From the NCBI GenBank assembly GCA_963743525.1, contig CAVUQH010000002.1, positions 256,001 to 320,000 on the forward strand: 64,000 nt of DNA, in the 5' to 3' direction. This stretch comes from an uncultured delta proteobacterium. Its GTDB lineage: Bacteria; Myxococcota_A; Polyangia; Haliangiales; Haliangiaceae. Below are positions 60,749 through 64,000 of this stretch, piece by piece (within the stretch, counting starts at the first letter, position 1; each line of letters begins with the position of its first letter). The translations under genes and the position numbers were made by a program. The notes under the pieces were generated by a model. That model was not told the DNA's origin and made no database searches. It saw only the letters and a list, made by a program, of their open reading frames with translations.

Positions 60749-60819
60749 ACGATCGAAACTCACGAGCGCGAGCCAGCCCCACCACCGCGGGGAAGCGAGC
60801 CGCAACCCCGCAACCCCGC

Positions 60820-61341
60820 GGCCCCGGTCCCAGCCCCGGAGACGGACCCAGACCCACACGCGGAGACGGACCCGGAGACGGACCCAGACCCGGACCCGGA
60901 CCCGGACCCGGACCCGGACCCGGACCCGGACCCGGACCCGGACCCGGACCCGGACCCGGACCCGGACACGGACACGGACCCGGACCCGGACCCGGACCCG
61001 GACCCGGACCCGGACCCGGACCCGGACCCGGACCCGGACCCGGACCCGGACCCGGACCCGGACCCGGACACGGACCCGGACCCGGACACGGACCCGGACC
61101 CGGACCCGGACCCGGACCCGGACACGGACCCGGACACGCCCCCGGACGCGGACACGGACGCGGCCCCGGACACGGACACGGACACGCCCCCGGACGCGGA
61201 CACGGACACGCCCCCGGACACGGACACGGACACGGACACGGACACGGACACGGACCCGGACACGCCCCCGGACGCGGCCCCGGACACGGACACCGGCGCG
61301 GACCCGGCCCCGGACGCGGAGACGCGCCCCCGCCCCCGCCC
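60820..61341. repeat. Intergenic hexamer tandem array (~85 units; GGACCC core, GGACAC/GGACGC/GCCCCC variants)
   Basis: Read directly; long pure (GGACCC)n runs at ~60892-61066. Confidence 0.97.
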
Positions 61342-62532
61342 CTACTCGACCAGCTTACCCATCCGCTGCCACTGCTGCCCGCCGGCATACGACGGCCGCG
61401 TGGACCACCAGATGAACAACGCCTTGCCCTTGATGTTCTCGATCGGCACCGGGCCCCAGATCCGCGAGTCGCTCGACTGATCGCGGTTGTCGCCCATGAC
61501 GAACACGTGATCGGGCGGAACCACGTACTCCATCTCGCGCTGGCACTTCCCCGGCGCAGCCCGCTCGTTCACCTCCACCAGCTGCCCCTCGGCAGCGCGC
61601 GTCTGCGCCGGCGTGCGGCCCGGCTCGTCGGCGCCACGACAGCTGGGCTGGATGAAGGTCTCGCCCGCGCGGTTGACCCGGCGCCACCGGGTCGAGCTGT
61701 CGGGAAAGTCGTGCGGCCCGGGATCATCTCGCTTGGGTGACCGGACCGGGTCGTAGTAGGTGGTGTACGTGGCGTCGCCGTGGTGCTCGATCCATTTGCT
61801 GCAGCGACAGCTGGCCCACTGGTCGCCGGGCTTGGCCTTCGGGCACAGCAGCGACCCGTCGCGCGCCTGCTTGCCCACGCCCTGGGCGATCACCTCGCCC
61901 TGCTCCTCGAAGTCCCAATAGGCGCACGGGCTGGGGTCCAGCGTCTGCTGCACCTCTTCGCCGTTGACGAACAGCGTGTCGCAGCGGATCTCCACGTGGT
62001 CACCAGGCAGCGCCACGATCCGCTTGATGAAGTCCTTCTCCGGCTCGCACGGGTAGACGAACACCGCCACCTCACCGCGCCGCGGCTTGCGCCAGTCGAA
62101 GATCTTGGTGTTGGTGAACGGCACCCGCACGCCGTAGAGGAACTTGTTGACGAAGATGTGGTCGCCGATCTGCATGGTCGGCACCATGCTGCCGGACGGA
62201 ATCTTGAACGCCTCGATGACGAAGGCGCGCAGGAGCAGCGCGATCATCACCGCCATGCCGATCGACTCGGCGTACTCGCGCAAGGTCAACTTGCGGGCGA
62301 ACGACAGGTGTTCGTCGACCAGCTCGTCGAGGACGACCATGTTGGCGCGCAGCGCATCGCCGTCGCCCTCGTCCGCCGCGGTCGCCACCGCGTTCAGCCG
62401 CGCGCTCATGCCCTCGGCGATCGAGGTCGGCAGCCGGTCGCGGTGCCGGCGCAGACCGCGGCGAGCCTCGCGCGCGAGAGCCCTGGCTTCGCGGCGAACC
62501 TGGCGGTCCATCCTGGCAGCAGAAATCGCCAT
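61342..62532 (-). CDS. lepB: Signal peptidase I (paralogue 2)
   Basis: AFKIPSGSM, DFIKRIV and MGDNRDQSSDSRIWG motifs. Confidence 0.94.
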   Translation of the reverse strand: MAISAARMDRQVRREARALAREARRGLRRHRDRLPTSIAEGMSARLNAVATAADEGDGDALRANMVVLDELVDEHLSFARKLTLREYAESIGMAVMIALLLRAFVIEAFKIPSGSMVPTMQIGDHIFVNKFLYGVRVPFTNTKIFDWRKPRRGEVAVFVYPCEPEKDFIKRIVALPGDHVEIRCDTLFVNGEEVQQTLDPSPCAYWDFEEQGEVIAQGVGKQARDGSLLCPKAKPGDQWASCRCSKWIEHHGDATYTTYYDPVRSPKRDDPGPHDFPDSSTRWRRVNRAGETFIQPSCRGADEPGRTPAQTRAAEGQLVEVNERAAPGKCQREMEYVVPPDHVFVMGDNRDQSSDSRIWGPVPIENIKGKALFIWWSTRPSYAGGQQWQRMGKLVE

Positions 62533-62536
62533 CTCG

Positions 62537-63937
62537 TCAGCGCACGATTTTGCCCACGCGTTGCCACAAGACGCCACCCGCGCGGGCCGGCTTCTGCGAC
62601 CACCAGATGAATAGCGCCTTGCCCTTGATGTTCTCGATCGGCACCGAGCCCCACTTGCGCGAGTCCTTGGAGTTCTCCCGGTTGTCGCCCATGGCGAAGA
62701 CGTCGCCGTCCGGAACCACATAGGCGACCTTGGGACCACACGGTCCCGCCCCCGGCGCATCGGCCGGAGCAAGCTTCAGGTGGGCGCGGGCGGCGTAGCG
62801 CTCGTCGGCTGTGATGTCACCGTCGGACGCCTTGCAGGTGGCCGGGTCCGGGAGCCACGACAGCACGTCGGCGGCCGACAGGCAGTCGGCGATGCGGCAC
62901 CACGGCTCGGCGCGGTATTTCTCCGACAGCTCGTGGGCCAGTGCCGCCGGCGACTCGCCCTGCAGTACCCGCCGCACCGCCGCCATCTTGTCCGGCCCGG
63001 ACGGCTCGACCGGGGTCCCGTCGGGCGCCAGCGCGTCGGCCATCCCCGGTCGCGGCAGCGACGGGAAGTCGTTCTCGCCGTAGTACAGCTGTTCCTCGCC
63101 GTGGCCCGGCCGCGACGGCAGATACGACCAGTAGGTTGCCCCCGTCCGCGGCTGCGCGCGCCGCTCCTCGCGCACCGGGCGGTCGGCGTCGTAGTAGACC
63201 AGGTCGGTCCGGCCCGACGGCAGATGCTCGGTGTACGCCGCCGCCGGACACAGGCCCCAGTGGTCGCTGTGACCGTAGTACTGGCACTTGGGGTCCCAGC
63301 CGTTGGCGTTGAAATCCCAGTAGGTGACGTGCGGGTCGGCCAGCGTGGTGTTGACCGGCTTGCCGTTGACCCACAGCTCGTCGCAGCGGACCTCGACGGT
63401 GTCGCCGGCGACCGCAACCACCCGCTTGATGTAGTCCTTGTCCGGATCGCACGGGTAGCGGAAGACGATGACGTCGCCCCGCTCCGGCTGGTGCCAGTCG
63501 AAGATCTTCTTGTCCGAGAACGGCAGCCGCAGGCCGTAGACCAGCTTGTTGACGAACAGGTGGTCACCGACCTCCATGGTCGGATACATCGACCCGGACG
63601 GGATCTTGAACGCCTCCAGCACGAAGGCGCGCAACATCAGCGCGATGATCACCGCGGCGCCGATCGACTCGACGTACTCGCGCATCGGCGACTTGCGGGT
63701 GAACGCCAGGTGCTCGTCGACCAGCTCGTCGAGACCGACCAGCTCGGTGCGCAGGACGTCGCCGTCACCGCCGGTGCGCGCCGCATCCAGGGCGTCGGCG
63801 CCCAGGCGCAGCTGGTCGCGGATCCCCGGCGGCACCCGGTCGCCGTGGCCGCGCAGCCCGCGACGCGCCTCCTTGGCCAGCGCGCGGGCCTCGCGCTCTA
63901 CGCGGCGGGCGATGCGGCTGGCGGGCATGACGGCCAT
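62537..63937 (-). CDS. lepB: Signal peptidase I (paralogue 1)
   Basis: AFKIPSGSM, DYIKRVV and MGDNRENSKDSRKWG motifs. Confidence 0.94.
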   Translation of the reverse strand: MAVMPASRIARRVEREARALAKEARRGLRGHGDRVPPGIRDQLRLGADALDAARTGGDGDVLRTELVGLDELVDEHLAFTRKSPMREYVESIGAAVIIALMLRAFVLEAFKIPSGSMYPTMEVGDHLFVNKLVYGLRLPFSDKKIFDWHQPERGDVIVFRYPCDPDKDYIKRVVAVAGDTVEVRCDELWVNGKPVNTTLADPHVTYWDFNANGWDPKCQYYGHSDHWGLCPAAAYTEHLPSGRTDLVYYDADRPVREERRAQPRTGATYWSYLPSRPGHGEEQLYYGENDFPSLPRPGMADALAPDGTPVEPSGPDKMAAVRRVLQGESPAALAHELSEKYRAEPWCRIADCLSAADVLSWLPDPATCKASDGDITADERYAARAHLKLAPADAPGAGPCGPKVAYVVPDGDVFAMGDNRENSKDSRKWGSVPIENIKGKALFIWWSQKPARAGGVLWQRVGKIVR

Positions 63938-63948
63938 GGATCGGCTAC

Positions 63949-64000
63949 CTAATCGACCTTGAGCACCGACAGAAAGGCCTCTTGCGGCAGCTCGATGGTA
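63949..64000 (-). CDS. lepA: Elongation factor 4 (3' end only)
   Basis: ...IELPQEAFLSVLKVD*, directly upstream of lepB. Confidence 0.85.
   Translation of the reverse strand, partial: TIELPQEAFLSVLKVD

Noticed and set aside
60588..61415. Poly-GP, poly-RT and poly-SG ORFs over the hexamer array (also 7374-7973 and 6414-7781)
   Set aside because: Stop-free repeats are open in all frames; no RBS or unique domain supports translation.

Overview
High-GC window from a probable myxobacterium (Haliangium/Kofleriaceae-like, inferred from gene content). The housekeeping backbone is smc (5' part), ftsY, tandem myxobacterial outer-membrane barrels, TamB plus an Omp85, ygfZ, modBC, pheA-hisC-aroA, a dsbD/thioredoxin pair, a Ser/Thr kinase/PP2C/FHA cluster, two tandem lepB genes and the end of lepA. 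A probable accessory block (~24.5-34.8 kb) holds a DUF4157-phospholipase C gene coupled to a lipoprotein (candidate toxin-immunity pair) and a Cyc2-like porin-cytochrome / diheme cytochrome / cupredoxin operon. Non-coding highlights are two long GGNCNC hexamer arrays, one of them linked to an ~84-bp inverted repeat and an Avd-like four-helix-bundle gene, a 28-bp hairpin that includes the Omp85 stop codon, and a 38-aa basic protein gene with strong expression signals that the ORF track missed. About nine small indels split genes and look like long-read assembly errors; two long 'fusion' ORFs in the track are artefacts of them. No rRNA, tRNA, CRISPR, transposase or integrase was recognised. All family calls come from motif recognition by eye, not database searches.
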